Assembly (NCBI GenBank): GCA_047967505.1
Contig: CM106538.1
Source: Dipteris shenzhenensis
Taxonomy: Eukaryota
Reading direction: 5' to 3' (one strand)
DNA: 64,000 bases
Part shown: one piece after another, positions 23,401 through 36,900 of the stretch
How the letters are laid out: each line of letters starts with the position of its first letter
How positions within the stretch are numbered: the first letter of the stretch is position 1
Translations under genes and position numbers: made by a program
The notes under the pieces: model-generated
What the model saw: the letters and a program-made list of their open reading frames with translations, nothing else
Told to the model about the DNA's origin: nothing
Databases searched by the model: none

Positions 23401-24496
23401 GAAAAGGTTGCATGAGACCTTTAACATGAAAGATTTGGGTGATGCTAGTCACATACTTGGCATGAGAATTGTTCGGGATAGGAACAAGAAACTCCTTCAT
23501 TTGTCACAGAAAGAGTACATTAGCAAGGTACTTGAGTGTTTCAAGGGGAAGTCCATAAGTACTCTGTTACCTCCATATGTGAAACTCAGAGCGACAGCCC
23601 TAAGTCAGATGAGGAGCGGGTTGAAATGGCAAAGATACCTTATGCATTCGCAGCAGGAAGCTTGATGTATGCCATGGTTGCTACACATCCAGATATTGCT
23701 TTTGCAGTGGGAGCTATTAGCAGGTATATGGCAAATCCTGGCAAGAAGCGTTGGGAGGCAGTGAAAGATATCATGAGATACTTGAATGATGGTACAAAGA
23801 ACATGTGCATTTTCTTTGGGAGGAAGGACACATCTGTTGTTGGATATGTAGATGCTGATTTTGCAGGGAATGTAGACACCAGGAGGTCTACTACAGGATA
23901 TCTATTCTCATTCACTGGAGGTGCAGTTTCATGGGTCTCTCGTTTGCAGCCATGTACAGCTTTGTCTACCATTGAGGTAGAGTATGTTGCAGCCACTGAG
24001 GCATGCAAGGAAGCTATATGGCTTACTCGTCTAGTGGGAGACTTGAGCATTGCAAGAGAAGTTCCAGTTTTGCACTGTGACAGTCAAAGTGCCATCCAGT
24101 TGGCACGGAATCCTATCTTCCATGCGAAGACAAAGCATATTGATGTGAGGTATCACTTCATCAAAGAGGTGATTGAAGACAAGCGCATCCAGCTTGTCAA
24201 GGTTCACACAGATGAGAACCCTGCAAATCTTCTTACAAAGAGTCTTTCCTCAAAGTGGTTTCCACATTGCAAAGTATTGATGGGTGTCGGATGACATTAG
24301 GATGCCCATCTTCTCCCTTGAAGGCACATTGGCCTTTACGTGGGAGGTTATTGGGGTAAAGGCCAATGGCCTAGTATATACCCCTTTGTACCATACATAC
24401 ATAATAAGAGCTTACCTTGATCTCGGTGAGTTAGCACCCACAATTTCGGTGTTCTCCCTTTCTTTGTTGCTCTCCGATAAGACCTCCTCTCCATCA
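20426..24496 (+). mobile_element. Ty1/copia LTR retrotransposon, both LTRs present, internally deleted and pseudogenised
   Basis: 148-bp LTRs at 20426-20573 and 24349-24496 (6 differences); TSD ATCCA; PBS tagtatcagagc (Met-i type); PPT. Protease WILDSGASFH, integrase C-half QNGVA..NRT, RT YKARLVAKGF/QMDVKTAFLHG/YVDDML, RNase H DADFAG..TKHIDVRYHF. gag is missing. Confidence 0.95.
21312..21794 (+). mobile_element. RTE/RTEX-like LINE fragment replacing the copia integrase N-terminus
   Basis: ...WYARISTWFASHGF*MDRLPSFQFSMDAP resembles 52716 ORF WYFRLTRWLTSLGLDMDRLPPFRYSIDAP; boundaries approximate. Confidence 0.75.
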
Positions 24497-25774
24497 ATCC
24501 ACAACCTTGGCTTCTGTGTTCCTCAAATTATACCAACCCACCCATAAGAAATTGTACAGTCGGTGCCGTCTGCAAACACTGAGTCCAGTAACTTCCCCTA
24601 TGGATGAATTGGGAGCCGCATCATAGTGAGGATTGCTGCCTGAGAGTGCATAAAGTAATGCAAAGCCTCTACCACAAAGAGGAAGAGAAAGGGAGAGAGG
24701 GGCAACCTTGATGAAGTGAGCAAGAAAGAGTAAAGACCTCTCCTATGTGACCATCAATAAGCATCTAATAGAGACTCCCTGTATACATGGTCGAAATCCC
24801 CTGAATCCATATGTCTGAAAAGCCGGACCTTTGCATGGTGTCCTCTAGAAAAGACCAATCCACCCTATCATAAGCCTTCTCAAAATACAAAAGAATGATC
24901 ATGATAGGTTGAGACTCCTCTCGAGCCCCAACCAAATGCCTCTCAAAAGGTCAAGACATTGTGCAAAATACTAGGTTCCTGAACAAAACTTATCTACTAA
25001 TATCCCCATAAGGCGGGGCCACACCTCAAGACCTTGGCTAAGATCTTGTAAGCAGTGCCCAAAGTAATCAGTCTACATTGGTGAATGTTTGATCTATCGG
25101 TCCCCTTCAAGATTAAACAAATTGAACATTAACTCAAGGACTATAAAAGAGAGCCCAAGTCAAAAATATCTTGAAAATCCAATCAAAGGGGGTGGTGAAT
25201 GTTCTCTAATAAACACCTAAAAATGTCAGTGTCGTTCCATCCTTCCTAGAGGGAACTTTTGAGGAGGGAGGGCCTCCAAAAGCTCCTCATCGGTGAAAGG
25301 TGTCTCCACCTACCTACTCATACTCAAAGAGATTACTGTCCGGATATGAGCCGAAATTGCATCCCGGGCTATAAGGACCTAAGGACCTACGGGTACTCCT
25401 CCTCAGACTAGAAGACCTACTAATAGAAGTTTATTTATGGTCATCTCTAGGATCTCCTATGGTTCCGAGTGAGTGCGACTATCCACTCGCATCTCATAGC
25501 TATTGCAGCTACACCCTTGCCAAATGGGGGCTTGTGGTATGAAAAAAATTGCATGGTCATACTATCTTCTTGCTATCACGACCCTGTGTGAGAAGAAGGG
25601 CAGCAGCATCTTCTCTGCCTCCAAAAACATGTCTTCTTCAAAACCCAATTGGTTTTTCTTTAGTTTCTCTTCATTCCCTTGACTAGTTGCCCTAAAAATT
25701 CACTAGTAGGTAGCCCATAGGCTCGCCTAAGTGCACCTCATACCGTTTTTGAAATGGTGGCTCCAACAAGTTGT

Positions 25775-26342
25775 ATCATCAGAAATGGCGTGGGATAGGG
25801 CGAGTGTAACCACGGGCTGTAGAGGCCATAATCCTTCAATTCCTCTCAAGTGGAAGTGTGCCTTAACTAGGGGAATCTACACCTGAAAGGGCTGGAGCAA
25901 TGGTTCAGAGATGAAAGAGAACAAGCACTTGGAAATTTCCTGGGAAGAAGAGGAAGAAAAGCTTCAAAAACTTCATGGTGAAGAAGATGATGACATGGCA
26001 CTCAAGGAGGTCTCAAGGAGAGTGAACCAAGGCTCTGATAACACATGTTGGAGTTGCAAGAAGGATTGAGCAAGTGAAGCAAAAGAGAGAGAGATTATTC
26101 AAGAGAGACAGGCCCAATATATAGGCTCCAGTTATATCCAATAGTGACATCGCATGTGAGCTCAGTAGAGCATCTAGATCCACAAATCTCTCAATCAGTT
26201 CCATGATTCTCTCAATCACACACCACACACCTAGATTCACTCAATCACACCTACTGACACATATCCAGACACACCATGTGTTCACGCACTCACAACCTTA
26301 GACCTTAGGACTCTAGATCCCATTACATCAATTTGTCCTTCA
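25775..26342 (-). mobile_element. 5' LTR (26046-26342) + PBS + leader of an LTR element, inverted relative to its 3' part
   Basis: Minus strand TGAAGG...CCAACA followed by PBS tgttatcagagcc; homologous to 31254-31535. Confidence 0.85.
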
Positions 26343-29190
26343 CGTTTTAATGCCTCTAGCCAGGAGACCTTAGCGGGCCTTGGCTTAGTAAAGCAGGAAT
26401 CCCAGATATTTGTAATACTTTCCTAAATACTTTTAAGGCATAAAAGTTTAGGATCAGCTTTAAACCATGAAGAGGAACGTCTCCCCATCCCAAAGTTTCA
26501 TTATAGGGAGACAGGCTTATGGTCCGAAAGGAACAAGCCTAGATGAGTCCGTTTAGTAATAGCGGGCACCTCACTCAACAAATCCTAATATAAGTAGATT
26601 CTGTCTAGTCTTCCTTCTCTTCTATTGAGGCCTGTTTGACTATTGCACCACGTGAAAATGCCCTCTTTGCCCATGTCAACCAAATGCAATTTCTCTTTCA
26701 AGTTTTCCCAGACATCTCTTTCTAAACTTTTAACAACACAACTAACCCTTTTTCCATCCATTTGTCCTTGACTGTTTTCACCATGTTGAAATCTCCAAGG
26801 AGGAAGCCTCTTTCCCCTACAACATCTAGAGATTCCCAAGTGCTCTTTCTTTCATGATAACTAATAGAGGCATAGATGGAGGTAACCAAAAAATGTTTTC
26901 CTTTAAACATAATAGATGAAGAGACCCATCTACCTTGAATATCCACCTGCTTACTAAGGATACATCCCGGGAAAGAACTCCTACAACAGTCCCTCCTTTT
27001 CCATCCTCATGGTTAGTGACAAACCAAGTTCTTCTTTTGTCTATTTTTTTCAGTCTTTCCTGAAGAGTGAGGCCAGACACTTTTACCTCATGAAGTGCTA
27101 GGAACATTAGTAAAAGAGAATTGACTCTCAGCCAGAAAGCAAGCTCCTCACTTCTACTAGGGTCAGTTAGACCCCTAACATTGTAGGTGAGGGGAGAGAC
27201 TATTTACTTACCATTCTTCTTAGATCCCTTTTTAGCCTTGGGATTTAGGCTATCACATTGAGGACTTCCTATTTAAGATTGTCTTCTTTTGTTTTGCACA
27301 ACCATAAAAGCAATGTTCTGAGAAGGAGTTTCCTTGACCTCTTGGGTTGCCTTGGGGAGCTCCTCTTTAGATTCAGTACCTTCCATATTTTCTGAACTTC
27401 TAGAAATATCCTCTTCAAAATCCTTTGCCCAGCCAGGGTCAAATTCATTGTCTTGCATCTTGTCCTGATTTTCTCTTATCCACTCTTTGGTCTCATTTTT
27501 AGCTAGAGCTTCAAAAGAGTTCTTAGTGAGAGGAGTTAGAGGGGACTTACTCAGCACTTTGGTTGGAGGAGTAACTTTGGGATTGGAGGGAGATCCCTCA
27601 CCTAGAGGAGTCTTTTCAGAACTAAAAACAAGAGCCTTAGGTACCCATTTTTTAGTTGGTGGAATAAGAGGCTTGGGAGTGGGAAGGGTCTGCGGTTTGG
27701 TCTTACCCTTCTTCTAGGGACAATTTTTCACTGAATGATTTGCGAGTCCACAAAGAAAGCAGGAGTTAGGGAGGTTTTTGTACATCAACTGCTGCTGATC
27801 TCTAGAGACACTCCCATTCATATTTAGGATCACTAAAGAGTTAGGCATTTCCTCAGCAATGTCCATCTGAATGTAGATCTGGGGGTTTCCCCTTGGGTTG
27901 ATAAAGTTTTTCACTTGTACATCTAGTACCTTACAGAGAGCTGGAAGTTGATTGCAGAGGGACAAAGGAAGATCAGGTAATTCAACACAAATGGGTATTT
28001 TGGTGGATCTTTGTTTGTTTGGAGAAAATCATGCATTGACCAAGAGAGATACAATGGCTGATCCAAAGACCGTGTTGTAGTGCCCTTGTTGGCATATCAA
28101 CCCGTTCAAACAAGAAGACAATGTAACTCTTCCTAAAAAATCAGATGTTTGTTCCAGCCAATCCTTTCCTCAACTAGTTTTCACGTATCCATGATACAAT
28201 AACTGCTAGAGGCAGATACCCAACAACTCCTTAGACTTAGAAAGGAGATTGTCGTTAAGTGTGACAGTGACATGCGTACCTAAATCAAAGACTACGCTGC
28301 TCGACTAGCATGAGCGTTCTCTTTTGGAAGTGAGCATGCGCTTTTCGGATGGCTTCCTCCCTCTATAGGGCCTGAGGGGAGAGTTTGGGGACCTGGTCGT
28401 CTTGCGTTTTCTGCGGGACTTCAACTGCCTTGGCAGTTTCTTTCATCCTTTCTCTCAAGGTCTTCTCCACTTCCAGGACTTGTTCCGTTGTTGCTAGCTT
28501 CATTGGTTCCTCTGTCTGCATAGCTATTAGTGGACTCTCCTGTGTTTTTTTCTCCGCCTGCGGGTGCATAGCTCACTCACCTTCATCGTCTTGTCTTTGG
28601 AGGGGAAAAGTCACGGACTCTTATGCGTAGGAAGGGCGAGGAACAAATCTTGATCTGGCGGGAAGGGAGAAGAAGCCTCTCCTTGTCGTCTGAGCTCCTG
28701 CCGCGTACGTTGTCTTTGCACTCCTCCTGCCTCTGTTGGCATGCCAGTCCCTGTGGATGAGGTACTTACCCTCTTCTTGATCATCTCATTCAAGTTGATA
28801 ACCATAACCACCTCCTCGTCCTCTTGTATGGGAGCTACTTCCCCCTCTTTTGTTGATTGGAAAGCAGCCTGGGTTGGCAGGGAGAGGTTCTCTGTCATCT
28901 TCAACATAAAAACCGAAGTCTGGAGCTCATACTAGTGAAAATGCTTTGTTTGTCTTGTTTAGACGTCAGGGGAGGGAACTCAGCGTCATTAAAGAGTAGG
29001 TTATTCTAGCCTGAGAGTTGTCCTTTCAATCCCAGATCCTGTACTAGTTTTGTCTGGAGTTCATGCTTAAGATGAGAGAGAGTATGATGTAGATAGGCAT
29101 TCCCATCCCCATCACCTCCATCGCCATCACCCTCCTCCATCTCTCTCCAATCTAAGAGCACATTTTTTAGCAGCAGCAGATATCAGATGC
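26343..29190 (-). mobile_element. L1-clade LINE 'L1B' 5' half (5' UTR, ORF1 with zinc knuckle, endonuclease)
   Basis: ORF1 knuckle CFLCGLANHSVKNCP; EN motifs LALHEVK, LLGDFNMV, FTW..RLDRIY, LSDHKP. Confidence 0.85.
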
Positions 29191-29194
29191 CAGA

Positions 29195-29950
29195 GTCACC
29201 TCCTCCCAAGGAGAGGCCTCAAGGCATGGTCCCCTATAGTAGGTAGAAGTGATGGGGTATGTATTTCAAGATTGGGATCCTGAACATGTATGCCCTTGCT
29301 TGTAGAGTGCCCTTCTTTCTGCAAGCATATTCTTGAGAGCCTCCTAGATGTTGACTCTTGGGTTGTTGGAGGTGACTTCAATAACCTAGAGGTTGAGAAG
29401 GACAAGCAAGTAGGAGCCTCTTTTTAAGAGATGCCCGTAGCTGAAAGGAGCTAGTGGGAGTAGCTCATTTTTGCAATCAGTGGTCATGATCCATGGAGAG
29501 AGGTCTCTAGAGTTTCTAGATTTCCCGATAGCCTTTTCTTCTTTGGCCAGTAGAGGCTGATGGCCTATTAGAACAACTTGATAGGTCCTATGTGCGAGAC
29601 TGGGCAATGCACAAAGGGGGAACATGGGTATCCGGTAGGTACGATGATGTTAGACCACTCCCGCATTGTGCTTCACCTAGAATAGACCCATCATGGACTT
29701 CCATAGATGGGGGTCCAAATCATACTTTGCTTCAGAAGGAGGAGGTGCAATAGGCCATGATAGAGATTTGGTAGTAGTGTCAAAGAGCCCTCTTGGGGGT
29801 GGTTGGGCTACATGGGTGGCAAACACGATTCAAAGGAATACTGAGGAGCCCCAGTCCTCCTAAGCTTTTCATTGGTGCATGCTCTTTAGGAGCATGAGAT
29901 CAGCCGTAAGATGGAATCTGGCTTCCATAGATTGACTTAGAGAGCAGGAC
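29195..29950 (+). mobile_element. Endonuclease part of L1A (displaced by the inversion)
   Basis: Plus-strand IGILNMYA and WVVGGDFNNLE, followed by linker sequence. Confidence 0.65.
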
Positions 29951-29954
29951 TAGT

Positions 29955-31535
29955 ATCATAGTGGCTTACATACCATTATGATAGTGTATGGCTCAACCTT
30001 TAGGCCATAAAGATTCGTCGGGTTCAGTATCATATAACTAGAGGTGTGAAGCTTCATTTGGTCTGAGGCTTGCACTGAGTCTTCTACTTCCAAGTACCTT
30101 TGATTACGCAGCAAATGCCCTCTACTTGATGCTTTTTGGAGTGAGGTAGCAACCCTCCAAAGTTCCTTTGCATTCTGCAAGCATTTCTAGACTATTTTTG
30201 AAGGTTGATGCTACACTAAATGCTAAGGTGATGCTTGAGGAGTCAAAGTACAGATCAGAGATTCAGAGATTGCTTTTTCAGTTGTGAGAATGCTCTTTGA
30301 AGTTCAGTTTAATGCATTTTTCATAATTTATATTGAGGTTATGATACTTTGAAGTGGATTTCAAGTCATACTATCTTGTTGACTAGTTGACTAGTTGACT
30401 AGTGTGGGTTGACTACTATGACAAGAGCTTTCATGAAGGAAGAATATATCATGACTTGCATGATGATTTCCGATGGACATGATTGGAACAAAGGTTTCAA
30501 CTACAACCATTATGATTCTTATTTTGAAGATGCCTTAGTTATGGTTTTAGTGTCTTTCATGATGTATGAAATGTACTTGCATTTGGTTGACTATACCTTG
30601 CCATACAATCATGACCACCTCTTGTACAAGAGTAGACACTACCCTTGCATGACAAGTGGTAAGACCCTCTTCAGTCCATATGATTCACAAAATGTTTTTA
30701 AGGCTTGGACACTCAAAGAAGGTGAATGACTACAAGGATCTTGTATTGCAGAATATGGACAAGATACATTAAAGAGTGTAGAGAAGGATAAAGAGCAAAG
30801 GAGTTATAAGATTGGCTACATCAAGAACCTCTCCAATGACAGTGAACCTCACACTATGGTAGCTTGGAAGAGAAGAAGGAAAAGGACAAGATATGCCATC
30901 AAAGGGGGGTATTTCCCCACATCTTCCACTTAGAATGTTTTTGTGTGTGTGGTCAATTAGGGTTCTCTGCCTTGGGATGTCCCCCTCAAATGATTGTTAG
31001 TCTTATGTGTTACCTTGTTGGATCTAAGGGTATTCCCATGCATAGTCATTGTCTATCTCCCAATTGTAAACCAACAAACCAAAGTCAGAGTGAGATCATG
31101 TTGATGAGGATGCCCAAATGATTCTACTGCTGCTGATGCAACTAGAGTGAGTACTAGGTTATGGATCATGTGTGTTGCCACTAGAGGTGGGCAAGCCATG
31201 AAGTTTCCCATGGACTACTGTTAGGGTTGAGGTCATCAATTTGTAGGGGGGAATGAAGGACAAATTGATGTAATGAGGTCTAAGGTTGTGAGTGTGTGAA
31301 CACATGTTGTGCCTGGATGGGTGTCAGTAGATGTGATTGAGTGAATCTAGGTGTGTGGTGTGTGATTGAGAGAATCATGGAACTGATTGAGAGATTTGTG
31401 GATCTAGATGCTCTACTGAGCTCACATGTGATGTCACTACTAGATGTAACTGGAGCCTATATATTGGGCCTGTCTCTCTTGAATAAACTCTCTATCTTTT
31501 GCTTCACTTGCTCAATCCTTCTTGCAACTCCAACA
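29955..31535 (+). mobile_element. Internal region, PPT and 3' LTR (31254-31535) of a non-autonomous LTR element (possibly Ty3/gypsy-derived)
   Basis: PPT agggggaa-type purine run directly before TGAAGG...CCAACA; no intact pol; 3' flank AAAGG. Confidence 0.8.
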
Positions 31536-32775
31536 AAAGGAACCCAAAAATTCCTAATGCAGGCTAGGCGTGATAGGGCTAAAATATGAGCTCGCAGAAT
31601 GGATAAGATCAGAGCGATTCACGAATATCAATGATGTAGAGAGGGATGCTAGGGCAGGGGATGTAAGAGCTCAAGAGGAAGTACTCACAGCAGCTAGAAT
31701 CAAGAGCAACTAAAGCTTAATGAGGCAAAATCTTATTTAAGAGAATGGTGGGTAGGAAAAATAGATAAGCTGACCAAGGAATCTTTCAAATTGATCAGGA
31801 GAAAAAGAGCATAGGAAGAAGTTTCTCTGTTGAAAAAGAGTGACAACCTAGTAGCCAACAGATACATTAGGAACGTTCACTTCATCCTCCAACACTTTCA
31901 AAAATTGCTATCTGATGTTATTTTGCCAAATGAGTCTATAGCAAGCCAGGCAACTGTGCAAAGATGCCAGAAGGACTGTCAATAATTTTGATAGTATTTA
32001 CCTTGGAAAACCCCACGTTAGATGAACTCAAACTGGGAGTTGATGTGATGGCTGAGGCTCGAGGGTAAGAAGTCGAGGGAAGATGGCCTTCCTACTGAAT
32101 TCTATAAGGCCTTCTAGGATACTATAGGCCCTCGGCTTCTCCAGGTTTGGAATGAAAGCCTTGTTTTCTCCTCCTTACTTGATCCCATAAACGGGGTAGT
32201 TATCAATCTTATCCCCAAGGAGGGTCCCAGGGATGAACTTAAAAACTGGAGACCCCTCACCATGCTGAATTGTAGTTACAAGATCTTTGCTAAGACCCTC
32301 TCCCTTCACATTCAAAACATATTGGACTCCTGGATCCTCAAGGAACAGAAGGGGTGCATTAAAAGTAGACATCTTCTTGAAGCAATTATCAATGTTTGGG
32401 AAGGGTGTGAGTATGCTAAAGATTCAAAGCAAGACATATGCTTTCTTAAAGTTGACTTTGACAAGGCCTGAGACTGATTGGATTGGGATTTTCTGATACA
32501 GACCTTCTAGGACATGGGTCTTCCTCCAACCTTTGTGTCTTTTATGAGACTGCTCCTCACCAATGCTTCAACCAAAGTGTGTGTCAATGGAGAGATGAGC
32601 CAATCCTTCCCTCTCAAAAGACCTATCAGATAAGGTTGCCCTTACACTCCCCTTCTATTTGCAATTGCTGTGAACTCATTGGGCTGGCTTATTCAAAATC
32701 AAATTGAAAATGGTTCCATTTAAGGTATTGAGCTCCCTTCAAGCAAGCAACTTATTTGCCAACAATTTGCAGAGC
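31536..32775 (+). mobile_element. L1B 3' half (linker and reverse transcriptase)
   Basis: DGLPTEFYK, LIPK..KNWRPLTMLNCSYKIFAK, KVDFDKA, GCP..PLLFAI, QQFA. Confidence 0.85.
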
Positions 32776-33099
32776 ACGGGCCTGGCCACATTGAGCATGA
32801 GCATACAGATATAGGTATTGTTCCTAGACCAAGCCACGTATATCCTGCAAAATGCACATCTTCAATGAGTCCAACCGAATGTGTTAAAGACTTAGTAAAA
32901 CTGATGGTGAAGGATGAAGAGGCATGAGTGCCTCTTGTCTTTTGAATTCTGCAAGTCACCTTAGTTGTGGTAGTGAATCTCTTTTTGATTCAAGTGAATG
33001 TAATTTGAGTATGTAAATAATATATAAACTTCTTTTCTGCGCCCAAAAAAAAAAGTGCTCTTAAATCAAAGGAAAAAACGTGCTCTTAAATAAAAGGAA

Positions 33100-34700
33100 A
33101 ATCAATTGCCCATCCTACCACATCCCTTGAAGAATAAGTTGTTCTGGTTGCTACTCTTGCGGTTGCTGCCCATGCACGATCATGAAGTCTGTTCACATAC
33201 CAACTCACCATGGTCCAACTCATGGGAAGGACGGGAAGTTGGAGAACAAGGACCTCCTATGGGTGGGAGTCTGAATAACAACCATGGATTTTTAAGATTT
33301 TGAAAAGGGTTTGGATGGGGAGTAGTCTGTGTTTGTGCAATGACACACCAAAGGCATGACAGGCTCGATGCCTACCTTTAGGGTCCGTTGCATCATGAAA
33401 GGGACGTCCACACCAAGCAGACTAGCACACTGTTGTAGCGTCAATGTGCAACTGCTTGAGCTAAATCACAGCTACTATGAGGCCTCATCCCCATCTCTCT
33501 GTCAAGAAGCCCATCTGAAAGAAGCCATGTCACCATGGGAAATCCACACTCTCTCCCCTAGGGTCCACCCACTCTTTTATCATGTGAAACATCTGGTCTC
33601 TCATCATGAGATAAAAAAGAATGAAGTCCACTTCCTCTCTCGTGAATGTAAAATTGAAACCCCAAAAAGGGCAAGAGAGGGAGCCAACACATCTCCAAAC
33701 CCTTTGGGGGCTACAGCATCAAAATTGTCACCTCGAAGCAAAAGGGGTAATCTGCATGCCTCAAGTGACCCATGTGCTTGCAATGGAGACACTGACCCAT
33801 AATGCGAGAGACCTAATATCCATGGCAAAACTCTCTCGTATCTAGAGTCTCAAGGAAGATCTCCTTTGGCAAAGGCTTAGGGTACTCAAAAATCACCTCA
33901 AGTCAAGTGACTCCATCATCTACTACCATTGGTTGCTATGTCGATCATGACACTAACACTATGCCAAAGCAACCCTCGATGGAGGGAAGCATAGACCAAT
34001 ACTATTCTTAGGAAAGAAGAATCGAAATGGTTGTGGGAATCAAGGGAGCTACCAAGAGAGCCCCTTTGGCCATACCAAAGGGAGGTCCACAGCTCAAAAT
34101 GTGATCCTCAAGCGAACAAACCAAGAAATGCTCCTACAGCTGAGGGAGAAAAGGTGAGAAAAGGGGCGGGAAAAGGAAAAAAGGAAAGAGGGGAGTACTG
34201 GAAGTAACCTAAAAGGAGAAAGGGGGAAAAGGGAAGATTCTATGAAACAATAACAACACTAAAAGAAGCCTCTTAAAGAAAAAGAGTAGGAGATGACCTA
34301 GTCGAAGTCTCCAATGAAGCCCCAAAATCCAAGAAAGTAGCCTCCTAGAGGAGAGTTTCCCCAAGGATTGGCGAACCTCCCCCCCCCTCGTGTATAGGAA
34401 AAACTAGGTGGGGGGCTACTATACAACCACTAGAAACTAGTAGGCGACACCTAAACCAAGCAAAACAAGAGTAGGAAAGGCAGTTAAAGCGACAAAGAAC
34501 TAAGAGAAAAAGGGGGGAAGTCGCTCATAAAGGAAGCAACAACAACATGGCTATGGAGAATGAGCAAGGTGGGGGGGGTGGACTACGGCAAGGTGGGGGA
34601 CAAGGAAGGAGGCAATAGCAATTGTGAGGGGGAGGGACGAAGGCTAGCTCCAAAAGCTGGTGCAAGAGCAGCAACTTCAATACTCTTTTGGAAGGTCTTT
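33100..34700 (-). mobile_element. Probable L1 5' region/ORF1 remnant
   Basis: Decayed ORF1-like fragments (GFGDVLAP, PWILGL) and a pyrimidine-rich leader on the minus strand. Confidence 0.4.
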
Positions 34701-34799
34701 ACCTTTTGATGAATTTAGGAACACTTGAGGAGCCTACACCTAATTAGTTGTGAGTGTGGGAGCATGGTGATTTTTCTAGTTGTTGCTCTTCTATATGAG

Positions 34800-36900
34800 C
34801 TAGTAAAAAGGAAACTTAGTTCATAGAGACCAAGGAATGAGCCCAAGATTTCCAAGAACTCAAGAGATGAGCATTTGTTACTTCCCATGCTTTAGTTTTC
34901 CATGTTCATGTGGATGCTTTAAGGTTTGCCATAAGGTTGTGATATCAAGTCACAACTCAAAGGAAGGCTAGACTATCCCCTTAATGATGCTAGCAAAATG
35001 CTTGCTCTTCTCAATAGAAATTACAATACAGTTCTGTAAAAAAGACTCGCTATGGTGTGTCATGTTTAAAAAATCATAGCATTGTTGAGCAAGAAGCACC
35101 TGGTATGGTGAATATAGTGTCCCTAAAAAGTTGCCCTATCCCCTTGTGATCCTTTTTTGTTCTTTGTATACTACTAAGCAATTATTCAAAAAGCAACAAT
35201 CCAAAGTTGATCGATACATTGTATGCCACTTTTGCTGCAAGGGGTCAAACTTCAAAGTATACACAAACTAATGAAGAATCATTATGGAGTTAACTCGATT
35301 GCCTACACCAGTGAGCCTAAAAGGATTTTGCTTGGAAATACTAAACCAATCCTTGTTTTAAATGGACACTATAGAATCTAAACATGAGTATATGCTACAA
35401 TGTCTCTTCATTGTGCTAATGTTTCCAAGGGGATTTGATACATGCATTGGCATTGAAAACATGGAAGTATACCCTCAGTGCATGATCGTTTCTCTATAGT
35501 CACACAATAGGAATTCCCATTAATAGAATTGAGTCAAGTCAAGGAAGTTGGAGACAAATAAATGAATCCATTAATAACAACATGGATAGACAATGCCAAG
35601 TTATTACTTTGTTGTGGATGTACATAATTGTCAATAACATGAGCAATTATGCTATAGATAGAAATAAATGGAACATGCAATGTTGAGATGGGAAAAGTTC
35701 AAGGATGAGCTCTAGTCCTCATTGATTTCAATGGTCCCATGAGTGTGATTAAAGATCTATAGTGAGGTGCCGTGGTTACATGAGTCTTAATAAAGATATG
35801 TAGTGAGGTGCCATGACTCACAAAATCAAATTGGTGCGATAAAAGTTTTCTTATTAGACATTATTTAATGGGGGGCTACTTGATTCTCAGGGTCACATGG
35901 AGTATAGAGATTTGCATATAGTATAGTAAGCTAAGGGGATGTAACTAGGATATTTATCAAATCTGAAGTATTAAATCATCTAAATAGTTAAAAGCAAGGA
36001 AATGTTGGCATGAGAACTTGAAAGAAAAGAAAGGGGCATTAAAGTTCTTCATTGACTAGGGGATGCCAACATTACTTTTTTCCCCTAGCCATTTTTTGAT
36101 GATATTCCATTTTATTAGTGCATTTGATCGTGGCATGTGAGGAGCCTTGTATTGATGATTGCCATTACTATTAAACCTAGTCATTAGTGGGTGTGGTTTC
36201 CCTTCTTCTTATAACATGTCCAGTTATAAAGTTGAACATGGAGTTTGGGTTTTGTTGATTGTACAATAGAAGAACAAGATATGCATCCCTTCATTGTGTT
36301 TGTATGACCCTTATCCTCAAAATCAACATATGAAACCCAAAAATGTAGAAGCATATATGAATTGAAAAGAGTCCCAAAGAAATGGGGAGATTTCAAAAGC
36401 TCTTTCACCTTGCATGATGTGGCATTCCATATTTACATTCTAGCTTCCCGAGTTATTCTAAAAAGTCTCTCATGCACAAAACAAGATTGCACTTGGGTTA
36501 TGAAGTCTCTTCCTAACTGACAAGTTCAAAAACTCCATCTCACAAATGCAACAAACAGAATAAAGAACAATATTTGAGAAAACCAAGTTGCGCACCTCTT
36601 CGTTTTCACCTTCACCAATGAACGTACCATTCAATATGGCCCAAAGAACAAAGCGCAAACATATTGGAAACATACAACCCATGGCTCACCTCCACCTAGC
36701 TCTAAAGAAAGGATTATAGAATATTGATTTGCTACCATGGCTTCTAGTTACTTCTATGTTGGAGCTTCCCATTGTGTCTAGAAACAATTAGACCTTGATA
36801 GCAACACCCTCAACACACATTTGTTCGAATCCTTTTTCCATAGAATGGTGAGCATTAATGCCATGTTAGGATGAAGAAGGGTCATAAAAAGGCAAAGAGA
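34800..36900. mobile_element. Highly decayed hAT transposase fragments
   Basis: Plus strand QVKEVG...WIDNA (DUF659-like, ~35540-35600); minus strand LKSPHFFGTLFN resembling the hAT PLH..A..LNP motif. Confidence 0.4.

Larger units (their letters stand above)
20080..25770 (-). mobile_element. L1-clade LINE 'L1A' ORF2 RT region, interrupted by the copia element
   Basis: Minus-strand RT motif FEKAYDRVDW at ~24860-24885 and linker DSMTMQFFH at ~25550; the sequence continues across the copia TSD. Confidence 0.7.

Noticed and set aside
25773-29959. gtatcat at both inversion breakpoints as a mechanistic signature
   Set aside because: The copies are in direct orientation, whereas staggered-break or recombination signatures would be inverted; 7 bp may be chance.
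25950-31589. Duplicated small protein MNLGVWCVIERIMELIERF (26013-26240 and 31341-31589)
   Set aside because: Incidental translation of the two LTR copies.
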